Source of the DNA: an uncultured Hormoscilla sp.
GTDB taxonomy: Bacteria > Cyanobacteriota > Cyanobacteriia > Cyanobacteriales > Desertifilaceae
Length of the DNA stretch: 64,000 nt
Assembly (NCBI GenBank): GCA_963921275.4
Contig: OZ001293.3
Coordinates: forward strand, 5,120,001-5,184,000
Reading direction: 5' to 3'
Below, in pieces: positions 41,575 to 55,583 of this stretch. Both the position numbers and the translations under genes were made by a program. Each line of letters begins with the position of its first letter. The stretch's first letter is position 1. The notes beneath the pieces are model-generated. The model saw nothing but the letters and a program-made list of their open reading frames with translations. It had not been told where the DNA came from and ran no database searches.

Positions 41575-42215
41575 ATAAGGATTTCAGCCCTCACAGACTT
41601 GGTACAACTTTCAGCAGGCTGACTTATTTGAGCTGCGCTTGGGGTATACTTGCTTATCGGGACTTTGAGATTTTCTCAGGCAAAAAACGGCTTCTTAGCT
41701 TACGGGGTGTGGGTTTTACGTCGAAGGGAATTCATAGGCAGCAAACCCGCTCGCCTGGGTCCCTCGAGACCAGCTCGACCCTTATGTGGCTCTGTGAAAG
41801 GGTTTGATGCCATTTTACGCCTATTTTTTCTCAAAGTCCCGTTATATGACCTTTACTACTGCACTACAGACCTCACAGATGACCTTCGCCATCTCTGCTG
41901 ACGAGATGACGACATCAGTGCTGCTGGTCGAGCGGTGGCTCGTGCAGCAGCAACTATTCAAACAACAGCAGGGCCTGATTGAGAAGCGGGAGAAAGAACT
42001 GGAGGCTCTCAAAAAAGAAAACTTACAACTCTCCGATGAGCTGGACAAACTGAAAAAACGGTCGTCTCAAAACAGTTCTGTCCCCCCCTCACAAGACCTT
42101 CTGAAGAAACCTTCAGACAAAAGCAAGCGCAAAAAAGGTAAAAAGCGCGGTCCCAAATATAATCACATTGGTAAGACACGCAATGGATTTGGAGAGCCCG
42201 ATCGCATAGAACAGC
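41575..42215 (+). pseudogene. IS66-family transposase 5' fragment
   Basis: Coiled coil plus SSQNSSVPPSQD...KKRG; homologous left end at 59746-59814 and 63960-64000. Confidence 0.7.
41658..41841. mobile_element. 184-bp IS701-type MITE
   Basis: CGGGACTTTGAGA IRs, TTAT duplication; empty site visible at 63961-63980. Confidence 0.85.
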
Positions 42216-42227
42216 TATGGCGTATAT

Positions 42228-42695
42228 GTGCTGTCCGGGAAGACGGAGTCGGCCATGTTTAGCCTCAAGGATGCTGAAAACAATGATGTTTACCATACAA
42301 AGGTGGAAGTACCACAAAATGGCGGTATAGTAGAAATAAAAATTCCCTCGGACGCTCCACCATTGGCGGTGGGTCAGAAGTATGTTTGGTCCTTTGGGAT
42401 GATCTGCGCCACGCAAGGGCCAGAAGATTTCTCGCCAGCGGTGTTCGTCGCTGGCGAGGTGCAGCGTACGGAAGCTAGCTCAAGGATGAAAAGCCAGCTA
42501 GCGGAGGCAACACCGCTCGATCAGGCAGCTATATACGCGCAAAATGGCATATGGGTAGAGGCGATCGCCTCCCTGGCCCAGCTGCGACAGATGCAACCAG
42601 AGAACACCTTGATAACCGCTGGATGGGAACAACTGTTGAATTCAGTCGGGTTAGAGGAGATCGCATCCCAGCCCCTAGTGCCAAGGCCGCAGTGA
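42228..42695 (+). pseudogene. DUF928 family protein C-terminal fragment
   Basis: PPLAVGQKYVWSF..IC, YAQNGIW.EA, WEQLLNSVGL; 5' end replaced by the IS66 fragment. Confidence 0.8.
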
Positions 42696-43329
42696 TTGGC
42701 GACCAGAGCGATCGAGCTAAAAATCAAGGCGTTGCGCGGGGACGGGATGATCGGGTACCACGCCCAACAGGCATTATGACCTAACCAGGCTAGGGTTTCA
42801 GGCGATATATATTTATATCTGGTTATATAGATCCTTGAGCGCAATCAGCAAATCGCAATTGGCAATTTGCGGCCATCATCCCCAAAATGCGCAACTTGAA
42901 TTTTTTGCTTTTTAAAGAGCAGTTGCAATGAGTGTATTTGTCGCTGGGTATATTCATCTGAGATCATAAACCGGTTTGCGGTCAGCGGTTAGTTGTCAGT
43001 TGTTCGAGTCTCGCCTGGCAGTTGCTGCTGCTGTCGGGATGCAGAGGTGGGACTGGCGATCGCACCGCAATAGTCAGATTATCACCCCTACAAGGCATTG
43101 ACTGCTCTGGGAAAATATGCTATTTGGGGATGATGGTTGCAACGAAGCCGATTCTTTCCCCAAAAGGTGGTGATAAACATGTGGTGATGACACAACTAAC
43201 CCGACAAAGATTTATTATATTCATGCGCAAAATACCAAATAGCGCCTATATTATTTTCCAGGTTTTTTGAAAATGATAATGTTTGACGAACCAATCGCCC
43301 TTACATCGCCCTTACCTTTGCCTCAAAGT

Positions 43330-45345
43330 GTTATTTAACCTTTCAATATGATTAGTTTTTCCACATGATTAGTTTTTCCACTTTCTTTGACTACGGCTTT
43401 GTGACGTTTACTAGGGATTACTGTTTTGTATGCTTCCTGTGGATCTTGACAGGGGTGATAATATATTAAATCACCCCTGTCAAGATCCACAGCCCAAAAT
43501 CTGTGTAACAAACTGCGTCTATAAACAGGAGGCAAAGATTTCCATAATTCTCCTGCCGATTCACGACTGCTTCGATGTCTCCGGAGAGCTGGATGTCTCC
43601 TGACAGGGCGAGCGGTCTCTCGGGAGCGCTAATCGCACTAGACATCTCCAAAAACTAAACCATTGTCAGCTATGGGTTTCAAGCTCAGCCTCACTTTCTC
43701 ACATATGTTACTCAAACAGCAGCATCGGGGTTTGATAGATTTCCTGTTAATAACGCGCTCCAAAAATGATATTGATTAATCTCAATTTTTTCAGTCACCA
43801 GATTCTAATACTTCTAAAATTAATGCACCAATGCGCAATCTAACTAACCCACAAATTGTCTAAATTACCGACTCGTATTTATCTATATTTAAGCGAAATC
43901 GATCGCTGGCAACTCGAAAATTTTCCACTAATCTTATGACGTGTTCAACGAAAACTCTCAGAGAAGAAAAATATTGATTTTCTTCTTTTTGTTTGGCAGT
44001 TAATTCCTGTTTTTTCTGCTTTTTATGATGTGTTTTGTTGTTCTCCAATATAGGCTTTATCTCCTGCAAATTTTTGCTCTGGATGAAAAAAATATTGATG
44101 ATCGCGCCAAATATTTATGTCGCTTTTTGGACCTCTTTCTCCAGAAATTATATCGACAATATCTGCACACGCTATCGCTACTAGGTAACACATTGATTTT
44201 TTCTCCTATGATATTTCTTCTTGCCTGAGTAAAAATTTTTCTGTCCTTCATAGTCTTTAGATCTTGGTATCCCTTGCTCTGCGCTATCTACAATCAATTC
44301 ATATTCCCTTAAAATTTTTGATAAAACTTCTTCGTTTTCTCCATTAATTTTCACCTGTTCAAGCAAGCTTGACCGCAAAGAGTCTCGAAATATTTTTTGC
44401 CAATAATTAAAAACATCATTTGCTTTAGATTCACTGACTTCAAACATCAAACCTAATATTTGAAATGTTACTCCTTGACGGAGATAAATCAAGGTTAAAA
44501 CTATTTAATCTTCCACCGATAATTTAGGCTTAGCACCTCCACCAGCACCTATCAATCTAGTTTTCTGCTTTTCAACTTTTTCTTGATAATCTGCATCTAA
44601 CTTTTTGGCTAAGCTTATAAGTTGTATTAGGTTTTCATAACTGATACCGACAAGCCGCTTTACTTCTTGATGATTTTTTTGCTGTCCAAGTATAACTCAT
44701 GGCTTTCAGTCCCAAAATTAAAGTTGTCAAATCTTATTATAGCATAAATTTCTATTTTGGAGAGGTCTACTACCCGGGAAACACCTCGCGCTAATCGCAC
44801 TACCCAGGAGACATCGTATTCGCACTACTCCGGAGACATTGATCCCCAACATAAATTCCAACGATTTCTCAGTTTTTCGTATCGATCGCTAACCTTATCC
44901 ATTGTTGATTCTCCTTGTTTTTTACGAAAGATCACATTTCGTCACATTCAATTGTTAATTTCCTCTTCGGCTTGCCTGAAACCTTTATTTCACGGGGGGT
45001 TTCGGCATATTTCTTATTGACATATTTTCGATCGCGCAGCGTAGCGCAGCCATAACCGGGCCTGGAAACTCCTGTTATTCTGGCAATACCTACCAAAGGA
45101 ATTTTTTCGAGTAAGAGAATATCTATATTATTTTTCGTTTCTTCTGGTATCTGCTTTTTGGTAGGGTTTTCAACAAATTGCTGCCACATTCAAAACACTT
45201 ATATTTTTGCTTCTTGTTGTGAATACTGCCATTTTTAAAAATTCGCTTACTTTTACAGTTAGGGCAATCTGGTCGCCAACATAAATCTGATGGTGCGTTC
45301 ATAACTTTATAAATTGTTTTTCCCAATAACAATATAGCATTTTGA
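43330..45345 (-). mobile_element. IS1 family element, degraded, containing hairpin elements and an IS5-family insertion
   Basis: CPNCKS...KNG...QKYKC, ECDEM, VCYTDF, KESGKTNHVE fragments. Confidence 0.82.
43640..44768 (-). mobile_element. IS5 family (ISL2-like) element, degraded
   Basis: IR AGACATCTCCAAAA/TTTTGGAGAGGTCT, ACT duplication; YLRQGVTF, IVDSAEQ, YSGKKK, RVFVEHVI. Confidence 0.8.
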
Positions 45346-45878
45346 AAATCACTTATTATAAGAATATTTTATGGTTTCAATAGATAAGCTGCCGCGCATT
45401 TAAATTGCATAGGTCGAAAAGCTGAGATCCTTATTTCATAAGGGTTTCCGAATTTTGAATGAGAAAGAAAGAATTTTGAATGGCTTATTGCTTATGCATG
45501 GTAAAATTGTTATATTATCCCTTTGAAAAAGGCTAATAAATAGAGGGATGTAATGTTGTATCACTACATATTTATCACTACCAGCACATTGTCTATCCTT
45601 TTGCTAATGGTCTTGCTACTCATCGTCTTAAGAGTATATTTGCTTATTGCATTAGTGGGATGCTCTCATTGGCAACGGATGCGATCGCGGCTTAGAAGTA
45701 GTCCAGGGCAAAAAAAACCGAGGGCGACCTAGATTGTCGGTCTATTAATAAAACGCATTTTAACAACTCAAAGATAGACTATAATCGATCTGATATCCTC
45801 TGGTCCCTCTCTAGGCGCTGAGCGCCTGGGAAGCCGTAAAGTGTGTCGTCACGTAGAACCGATCCCAGCTTAACCCTC

Positions 45879-47756
45879 ATGAGTGATATAGTATTAGAAG
45901 TACGCAATCTGCGAGTCCAATTCCAAACTGACGAAAAACTGATTAAAGCAGTTGACGATATCTCCCTGAAAGTAGCACGAGGACAAACCTTGGGAATTGT
46001 GGGAGAATCAGGATCGGGCAAATCCGTTACCTCCCTAGCAGTGATGGATCTGGTGCCTAGGCCGGAGGGTACGATCGCCGAGGGCGAAATTTGGTTTCGC
46101 GAGACAGGGGACGCCGAACCGGTCAACCTTCGGCAACTTTCACCCCAACAAATGCAGCAACTTCGGGGTGGCAAGATGGGGATGATCTTCCAGGAACCGA
46201 TGAGTTCCATCAATCCAGTTTATAGCATCGGCTTCCAACTGACCGAAGCAATTATACAGCATCAAAATGTTTCCTCCCCAGAGGCCAGACGCCGGGCGAT
46301 CGGGCTTTTGCAAGAAGTGAAACTCCTGCCATCAGACGAAGCATTGAAGGAACAACTGCTAGCAGAATGGCCCCAGCAGAGGGAAGAACCAAGGGACAAA
46401 GAACTCCAGCGTCTAGTAAATAGCCAAAAACAGGAGATCCTCAAACGCTATCCCCACCAACTCTCCGGGGGGCAAATTCAGCGCGTGATGATCGCCATGG
46501 CAATTTCAAGCGATCCGGTGCTATTGATTGCCGACGAACCCACCACAGCCCTGGATGTTACAGTCCAAGCTACCATTCTCGACCTGTTGCGGCAACTAAC
46601 GCGACAGGGCATATCGATGATTTTCATTAGTCACGATCTGTGCGTGATTGGCGAAATTGCCGATACCGTAGCAGTCATGTATCAGGGTAAAATTGTCGAG
46701 GTCGGGTCAGTCTTGGACATCTTCTCCAACCCGCAGCATCCTTACACCAAAGGTTTGCTCGCCTGCCGTCCCCAACCAACAGTACGCCTGGAATATCTGC
46801 CCACCATCTGTGAGTTTATGGAAGTGGTGACTACTGCTACGGGAATCCAGGAGATGCCAGAGAAAGCTGACACGGCCGCTATCAAGGAAGTGAGTCCAAC
46901 TCAGCTAGAAGAACGCTTAACAGCACTCCAGCAGAAAGCGGCGCTTTTATCTGTACAAAACCTAAAAGTTGGCTTTCCAGTCAAGGGCATGTTTAGCCAA
47001 ACCAATCGTTATTTTATGGCCGTGAATAATGTCTCCTTTGAAGTCTATCCCGGGGAAACCCTGGGATTGGTAGGAGAATCGGGCTGTGGTAAAACTACAT
47101 TGGCACGCAGTTTGCTGCAATTGGTGCCACCTCTGAGTGGCAAGCTGCTATTTGCAGGTGAAGATATCACTCATCTTAACAAAAGGAGCCTGCGACAGTT
47201 GCGGCGGGAAATGCAAATGGTGTTTCAAGACCCTTTTAGTTCCCTGGATCCGCGCATGTCCATTGGCACAACTATCATGGAACCCCTGGAAATTCATAGC
47301 CGGGGTAATGCTAAAGAACGACACACGCGCTGTGCCTATCTGTTAGAAAGGGTAGGACTCTCACCTGACTGGATGAGTCGCAGGCCCCACGAATTTTCCG
47401 GCGGACAGCGCCAACGGGTATGTATTGCCCGTGCTTTGGCACTCAATCCTCAGTTTATTATCTGTGATGAGTCGGTTTCAGCTTTAGATGTCTCGGTACA
47501 GGCCCAAGTTTTGAACCTCCTCAAGGAATTACAGTCCGAGTTTGAACTGACTTATATCTTTATTTCTCACGACTTGAGTGTGGTTAAGTTTATGAGCGAT
47601 CGGATCGCGGTGATGAACAAAGGTAAAATTGTCGAAATTGCCAGCGCGGAGAATATTTACAACCAACCACAACAGGAGTACACTCGCCAACTCATTGCTG
47701 CTATTCCTACCGCCAGCATCGAACGCATTCAAAAGCGGGTTCTGGCGATCGCCTGA
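45879..47756 (+). CDS. Fused double-ATPase subunit of a peptide/nickel ABC transporter
   Basis: Two Walker A motifs (GESGSGKS, GESGCGKT) and two signature motifs. Confidence 0.93.
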   Translation: MSDIVLEVRNLRVQFQTDEKLIKAVDDISLKVARGQTLGIVGESGSGKSVTSLAVMDLVPRPEGTIAEGEIWFRETGDAEPVNLRQLSPQQMQQLRGGKMGMIFQEPMSSINPVYSIGFQLTEAIIQHQNVSSPEARRRAIGLLQEVKLLPSDEALKEQLLAEWPQQREEPRDKELQRLVNSQKQEILKRYPHQLSGGQIQRVMIAMAISSDPVLLIADEPTTALDVTVQATILDLLRQLTRQGISMIFISHDLCVIGEIADTVAVMYQGKIVEVGSVLDIFSNPQHPYTKGLLACRPQPTVRLEYLPTICEFMEVVTTATGIQEMPEKADTAAIKEVSPTQLEERLTALQQKAALLSVQNLKVGFPVKGMFSQTNRYFMAVNNVSFEVYPGETLGLVGESGCGKTTLARSLLQLVPPLSGKLLFAGEDITHLNKRSLRQLRREMQMVFQDPFSSLDPRMSIGTTIMEPLEIHSRGNAKERHTRCAYLLERVGLSPDWMSRRPHEFSGGQRQRVCIARALALNPQFIICDESVSALDVSVQAQVLNLLKELQSEFELTYIFISHDLSVVKFMSDRIAVMNKGKIVEIASAENIYNQPQQEYTRQLIAAIPTASIERIQKRVLAIA

Positions 47757-48065
47757 GCGATCGTAGGGCGGGTCGCCTGCCCACCTGCCCGGGGACCGTA
47801 GGGCGGGCGGATCGCCTGCCCGCCCGGGTAATTGCTGCTCATCGCCAGTATGAATGCACTATATCTGACTAGACTTAAGCTGACGCCGCTGCCAACCGTT
47901 ACCATACGTAATCAATATTTATTTTTGATAAAAAATATCCAAATTTAAACAGTATTGATTTTAATAAAAGCTATACATGACTAGACACAAGGAGAACAAA
48001 GTCTTTAGACAAAGTAAAAATTATAACTTTTTGTAAAAAACAGAGAAACTTTCCGGAATTGGGTC

Positions 48066-49051
48066 TTGGAGCATCGGATGGAAAAGGCGGGCTACAGCTT
48101 TACTGGCAGCTGGACTTGGGGCGAGAACATTGCATGGAACGGTACAACGGGAACACCAGATGTGACTCAGTCGGTTGCCACCCAACACGAGAATCTGTTT
48201 GTCGATCTCAACATCCCTGGTAGAGGTCATCGGATCAATCTGATGAACGAGAACTTCCGAGAGATTGGCCTTGGTACAGTAACTGGCTTATTTACTAGCA
48301 ACGGCACTGACTTTAATGCTGTGATGACCACCCAGGACTTTGCCAAGTCTGGATCGGGGTCGTTTTTGACTGGTGTTGCCTACGATGACCAGGACAACGA
48401 TGAAGGACTTGGTGGAGTAACAGTGCAAGCGGTGCGTCAGTCCGACGGTCAAACCTTCACCACTAACACGATGGATGCTGGTGGGTATCAGATTCAGTTA
48501 GAGTCTGGCAATTACACCGTGACTTTCTCTGGCGGCGGACTCGACGAGACTATCCGCCAGACGATCGCGATCGGCGACTATAATGTCAAGCTTGATGCTA
48601 TCCTGGATGATGACTCCGATGGTAACTCCGACGGGAACGGACCACTCCCACTCCCATTCCGGGAACCCGAGGCAATCACGATCTGACTGGCACAGCTGGC
48701 AACGATAGCATTATTGGTGGTACAGGTAATGACACTCTCTCTGGTGGCGAAGGTAATGACTTTCTCACTGGTGGTGAGGGTCGAGATCTTCCCCTTGGTG
48801 GGGGTGGTCGAGATACCTTCGTGCTGGAAATTGATACAGCAAGCACCAGATCAGGGTCAACCGATCGAATCTCGGACTTCCAGCCCGGGACGGATCGCAT
48901 AGGACTAACAACAACGGGAGGATCAATCTCCTTGAGCTTGATTGTGAGCGGCAGTCAGATTTCCATCAAGGATGTTAGCTCAGATAAACTCTTGGCCACC
49001 GTTGCAAATGTCACCCCCGTTCAGCTGATTAGTAGTCTTGTCCTACTGTAG
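48066..49051 (+). pseudogene. CAP/SCP domain plus RTX repeat secreted protein, 5'-truncated and frameshifted
   Basis: WGENIAW, GHRINLMN..FREIG; GG.GND repeats in a different frame. Confidence 0.75.
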
Positions 49052-49765
49052 ATTCCAAGTTTAGATATCGCTTCATCCCGTTTGGTGTTCTCCTTTCCAG
49101 TCTGAGACTGGAAAGGATTTTCTTATCGATAATCACTCACTAAGCAATTCCAAATTAAAAATTAAAAATTATTGCATTGGGAAACCCATTGAGAACTTGG
49201 CTCTCAGCTTTTGCCCTTATGCGATTTAATAGCGCGACAGCTTATAGCGTCGGTCGATAAACCGGATTTCTTTTTGGAAAAATACTGATATTTCGTTGAG
49301 TTAAGGTAAATAGAAAAAATCGTTTAGGATGAAAGGGGCGTCACGGTGGAAGGTCCCATAGCGGGACTTAAACAAAATCTAAGCCCACACATCGCGCCCG
49401 ACTCGCGCAAGTGAACGGCAAATACATCAACATTGTTACCTAGCCAACGCACAAACCGCGCTTGAGACGGCTGTACGAAAAGCTAAGAACGCGCCCAACT
49501 TATGTTTTTAATGGTCGATTAGCCCATTGTCGTGCTAGACCACCGGTTAACCAATGCCAGAGAATAAAAGTATACGTACAAAATACCAAGATCCAATGAC
49601 GTTCAATGCTTTTTTTCCCTCGAATTTGGGATTCTCAAAAAACCAACCAACCTTTGATTGTTCGGTAAAAAACTTCAATCCAATTGCGTTGTCAATAGGT
49701 AGTAACTATCCATTGTGCTGTTGCTTTTCCAGCGGGATCATTAGTGATTAAATAATCAATTTCCG

Positions 49766-49854
49766 CTGTGTCCCCCGGTGCTGCGTCTCCTGGGAGCGCT
49801 ACTCGTACTACCCAGGAGACGCAGCGCGCTACTCGCACTACCCGGGGGACACAG
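49766..49854. repeat. Self-nested ~42-45-nt hairpin mini-elements (family 1)
   Basis: Absent from the IS701 paralog near 30910; inner and outer stems each enclose a GCGCTACTCGYACTA loop. Confidence 0.85.
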
Positions 49855-50386
49855 ATCGCCGATTCAAGGTTTTTGGCATTCATGACGATAGCCACTGTAC
49901 GTTGACCTGACGGAAATTTCTACTTTTATTGTTGCCACCCAAACTGTCCGAGTTTTTTGTAATTCGAGATTAATAGAACGATTCTTCTGGTAATATTGCT
50001 GCCAGTTCATCTAATCTCCGGAACTTTTTTTTGACCCGCTTCTATTTTTCCCTCTACATTTCGATTTTTCGCCGACAATATAAATTAACCATCTTTTTTC
50101 TAGTTCTGTTAAAAAAGGACCATTATTTCCATAACCTCCATCAAAAACACGTTACTCCCGGACGATACCCTCTACTTAAACATTTATCAATTAGTTATCA
50201 AGCTAATTCTGGTTTTTTCTTGAATTCTGGAGCTTATGCATCCTTTCTCTAAAGAATCAGCGTGTACACGCCTTCGGCTATTGAGCTACATCTAATGGTA
50301 AACTTCTTAATCCAACGCATGTGATGAGTTGTTACCATAACAATCCCGTTATCAACTTGGCCAATTTACCCAATAGATTGTCGCCC

Positions 50387-50442
50387 CGGTGTCACTTGAC
50401 AGGCATGAGAAGATAGTATCTCATGCCTGTCAAGTGACACCG
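50387..50442. repeat. 56-nt hairpin element (family 2), perfect 24-bp stem
   Basis: CGGTGTCACTTGACAGGCATGAGA / TCTCATGCCTGTCAAGTGACACCG; relatives at 39986-40040 and 43441-43488. Confidence 0.85.
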
Positions 50443-51052
50443 CCAATTCCTTCAGTTAATGTTCCACTTCTTCCATGACCCGTGTCGTAAACTATTAAAT
50501 TAAAATCCTTATTAGATGGCTTGGTTTGACCACAATAATTCATTATCTCTAATCGCCTTTCATTTACATAATCAGCATCCCAAGGAGAGTCAGTTATAAA
50601 GTGATGCAATTTATGATCTTGAACCCCGACAGTATTTCTAGCTATTTGAGAAAGATTTTTGCGCTCGATTTCTCCTAATAGTCCCGTAAAATAATGACGG
50701 AACTCTCTTTCTTGGGCTTTATGGATAAATAAATCGTCTTTCGCGACGGCACCATCTGTAAAAACAAGGTGGCATGGCCTGAGCAGTTGTTTCTTTCATT
50801 TTTTTGTCCATTAAGTAAGAGTCCAACAACAGGTAGCAAATAAAATATTACTATCAGTAGTTTACCAGAGAAACGAGAGCCAACAAACTCCATACATTTG
50901 TATGATATCATAAAACCGTGCGCGTTGACGTATAATGCCCATTATACATGGATTTGAGCTGCTTTAGTCAGAAATTTTTGTTCCAAAGGTGGCAATCTGA
51001 ACTTAAAAGTGCCAACCTCGACCACGTAAAACTCACGGCATTGTATTTCTGA

Positions 51053-51914
<862 letters not shown>

Positions 51915-52166
51915 TAGCCGTCATCTCCGAGTCGTGGTCGGGCGAATTGAACCGCCCTAAACTGTCAATTAATCTAGGGGTCGGAACGAAGAGAAACGTT
52001 GTCGGGGTCTGTGGACAGGTCGAAACCACAGTAGGCTGGACGAGCAGCGGAAATCTCAGCAGCGGGTAGGACTTTTGTGTCTTCTGGGAGCGCTAGTCGC
52101 ACAAAAGAGAAGACACAGGAGCGTAACTGCTCCGAGGTAATCAGAACATTCTTGACAGAGTAGAGT

Positions 52167-53584
52167 ATGGTTAGGCGCGTGAGGAAAACTCATAGTGAAT
52201 CTTGGAAGAATTTGCCCTGGAAGAAATTCCGGCGCAATCTTTTTCGCCTGCAATGTCGAGTGTGGAAAGCTATTAGAGCGGGAGACAAGGCCCGAGGGAA
52301 GATCCTGCAAAAGCTAATTCTGAAGTCCCGGAGTGCAAGATACATAGCCATCCGTCAGGTAACGCAGCTCAACGCCGGGAAGAAAACGGCGGGGGTAGAT
52401 GGCAAAACATGCCTCACTTTCCCAGAAAGACAAGAGCTAGAGAAACTGCTAAAAGAACAAGCCAAAACTTGGTCACATAGCCGTTTACGGTCCCTCCCAA
52501 TTCCCAAAAAGGACGGGACGACCCAAATGCTCAAAATCCCAACGATTAAAGATAGGGCATGGCAATGTCTTGTCAAATATGTCATCGAACCTGCCCATGA
52601 AGCACTTTTCTACGCTAGAAGCTACGGGTTCAGACCCGGACGCTCAACGCACGACTGCCAGAAAAACCTATATCTATGTCTGAGGTCATTCGCCCACGGA
52701 CTGGATAAAAGAGTTCTGGAATTGGATATCGAGAAGTGTTTTGATCGTATAGACCATAACTTCCTGATGAAACACACTATAGCCCCTCAATGCGTGAAGC
52801 TAGGGCTATGGAAATGTCTCAAGGCAGGAGTTAATCCGGAGTTCCCCTCGCAGGGAACTCCACAGGGAGGCGTGGTAAGTCCGGTACTGGCGAACATTGT
52901 CTTAGATGGCATCGAAAACATCCACCTCAAGCCAGAAGATGATGCTGATGTTATCCGGCAACAGGTCAAGGAATTCTTAGCGCTAAGAGGGTTGAATATA
53001 AAAGCACTTCATACGAGGCTCGTGGCCGCGACAGATGGGTTTTATTTTCTCGGCTGGCATTTCAAAGTGCAACAGAACTGGAAGTTCAGATGCGTCCCTT
53101 CAGAGGACAATTATGAGGCTTTCCGCCAAAAGGTCAAGCACATTGTCAACAACTCTAATTATGGTGATCTCACCAAAGCGCAAAAGCTATCTCGCCTAGT
53201 AAGAGGATGGAGGAACTACCACCGCTACTGTAAGTTAAGTGGCGCCAGGTTCTCACTGTACTTCATTGCACACAGGGCGCAGATGCCTTAATCAAAAAGG
53301 CATTCCCAAGCGTACCCTATCACGAACACAAGCACGTCAAGGTCATAGGTGATAAATCGCCTTTCGACGGGGACATAACTTACTGGTGTCAAAGAAACTC
53401 CAAATATTACGAAGGTCTCACGGCAACAGCGCTAAAGAGACAGGACTATACATGTGGACACTGCGGAATGAAACTACTAGATGGAGAGAAGGTACAGCTC
53501 CATCACATCGATGGAAACCACGACAATTGGAAGCTGACAAACTTGATGGCAGTACATAAGTCGTGTCATGATTATATCCACATG
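52167..53584 (+). pseudogene. ltrA: Group II intron RT/maturase/HNH lacking the YADD segment, frameshifted near 53285; last codons at 55393-55410
   Basis: GKKTAGVDG, SYGFRPGRS, GTPQGG present; ENIH directly followed by LKPEDD; HNH CGHCG...LHHIDGNH in the next frame. Confidence 0.88.
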
Positions 53585-55392
53585 GTGCGATTCGTTCAGG
53601 CGTAAACTGGCGACGGTGAAGTCTGGTCTGGTTTCATTTGCCGGATAACTCTGGTTATCATGGGGGTTAAATTCCCTCTCCCCAGGTGTGGGGGGTCGAG
53701 GGTACTACCGGTCCTTAGTGCTGCGGGGTCACATCGCCGTGGTGCTCCGCTAGGACTTAAATGTAGGATAGCTGGCAGCCTAACCCAGTGACGCCGCTAG
53801 GAAAGATGCTCATGGTTAGAACAAGCGAACCTGTTAAAGCCTCGTTACATAGAACCAGCGGAATAAGGCTTATACGCTGGCCCAAAAGGGAAAATGGTAG
53901 TTAGTGTTGGTAGTCATCTATTGCCAGCATCGCACCCAAAGAACTCCCGGGGTATAGCAGGGGCCTACAAGCATCGAGAAATGATACCAGGGAACGAAGT
54001 AACCTCACGTGAGCTGTCCCCATTTGGACCAGTTAGATGTAAAGCGCAAGCCGCGAAGAGGAAGGATGTTCTAAGAAGCCAACGCCTGGGGTAATGCCTG
54101 GGATATGCAGACGTAGGACGGATATGGTAAGAAGCCTTTGGTGAAAGTAGCCCTAACACGTCGCAAAACTTAGGAGAAATCCAAAAGTATGAATATGGAC
54201 TAGGGCGTGTCATCAATTAAGCCATATTACAGCTGCCGCGAGGTAGATGGCACCCAAGAAATTGCGAGCCGTTTTATCGTAGCGTGTCGCCAGAGCCCTG
54301 TATTGCTTGAGTTTTTGGAATAGATTTTCAATTAGATGCCGCCACTTGTACATTTCTTCATCGTATTCTCTGTGTTCTGTGCGGTTACTTTTTGGAGGAA
54401 TGACAGCCATCCAATCCGCCTCTTTCAGGCGCTCGAGCACACGTTGTTCCGCATCATAGGCTTTATCTGCAAGCAGCGCGCCAATCTCACCGATTTTATC
54501 CAATAGCACGTCAGCGCCTTTCCCGTCGTGGGCTTGGCCAGGGGTAAGATGAAATCCTGTGGGATTGCCTTGGGCAATCGCAAGTGGCATGAATCTTTGT
54601 CGATAGTCCCCCTTTACTACGGCCTATGGCTTGGGTTTCGCACGTATCTGAGGGTGTTTTTTTTTGCACCCGCACGCTCGTTGATGGGCACGCAGGATGG
54701 TGGCATCAATCGCGGCGTATTCGTTATCGGCGTCTGAGGCCAAGACATCGAATACCTGCTTCCAAACTCCCTTTTCAGACCAACGGGATGGCGGGTATGA
54801 ACAACCCGAAAATCCCCAAAACACTCCGGTAAATCCCGCCAGGGAATGCCAGCACGATATCGATATAACACGGCAGAACACGAATAATCTATTGTTCTTG
54901 GCTGTAGCGCCTGGGTCACCCTCTTTACCAGGTAAAAGGTGTTCGATCCGTTCCCACTGGTCGTCTCGCAAGCCATAGCGTCTCATATCATGCCCTCTTG
55001 ATTGTTATTGCTGGATAAGGACTCCATACCGTATCCATCTACTTCTGTCAAGCAATTTGATTGATGACACACCCTAGAGTCTCAGCCGGGTAAAGTTCAG
55101 AGCCCCGATAAATTGCCAGAATGGGGAAATGTTAGAGAAGAGCGGCTAGAATGGTTTGCTGAACTACCCTCCGCGATCGCGCAGCGTGCGCGCAGCGCAT
55201 ACCTTCCGGAGCTGAAATCATTAACGGTCCAATAGGATTGACCATAAGGGGTAAAATTACAGAGGGTAAGGGGAAACGGGGTGACCTAATTATTGATGAT
55301 GATATGCCTAAGGACAAGCCCCAGCGGTGAAAGTCGCAAGTCCGGTTCCGCTCTTGGAGGGTTGGGGAGTGATTCCCAGCTCGACCCCGACC
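53585..55392 (+). mobile_element. ORF-less group II intron, variant E, interrupted by IS5, domain V degenerate
   Basis: GTGCGATTCG start, ...CTCGACCCCGACC end; removal gives HDYIHM|SKSID*. Confidence 0.88.
54203..55074 (-). mobile_element. IS5 family (IS427-like) element, frameshifted
   Basis: IR GGGYGTGTCATCAAT with TA duplication; LRDDQW, IDAT, LADKAYD, RHLIENLF..LK.YR..ATRYDK. Confidence 0.9.
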
Positions 55393-55583
55393 AGCAAGTC
55401 AATTGACTAGGTTATCGGGAGCCGGATGCGGGGAAACTCGCACGTCCGAATCTAAGAGGGAGGTGCGGGGTATAACAGCCCCATCGACCCTACCAAGGCG
55501 ATCGCCTGGGAAAACTCCGCTCCCAGATGCTGGTACTGGTCCGTGACTTGCTCAAAAGCTTTCAAGTCCTGAAAATCCAGCTG

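Larger units (their letters stand above)
49362..50830 (-). mobile_element. IS701 family element, degraded, carrying two hairpin insertions
   Basis: Paralog of 30511-32590; GLLGEIERKNLSQIA, YLITN. Confidence 0.82.
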
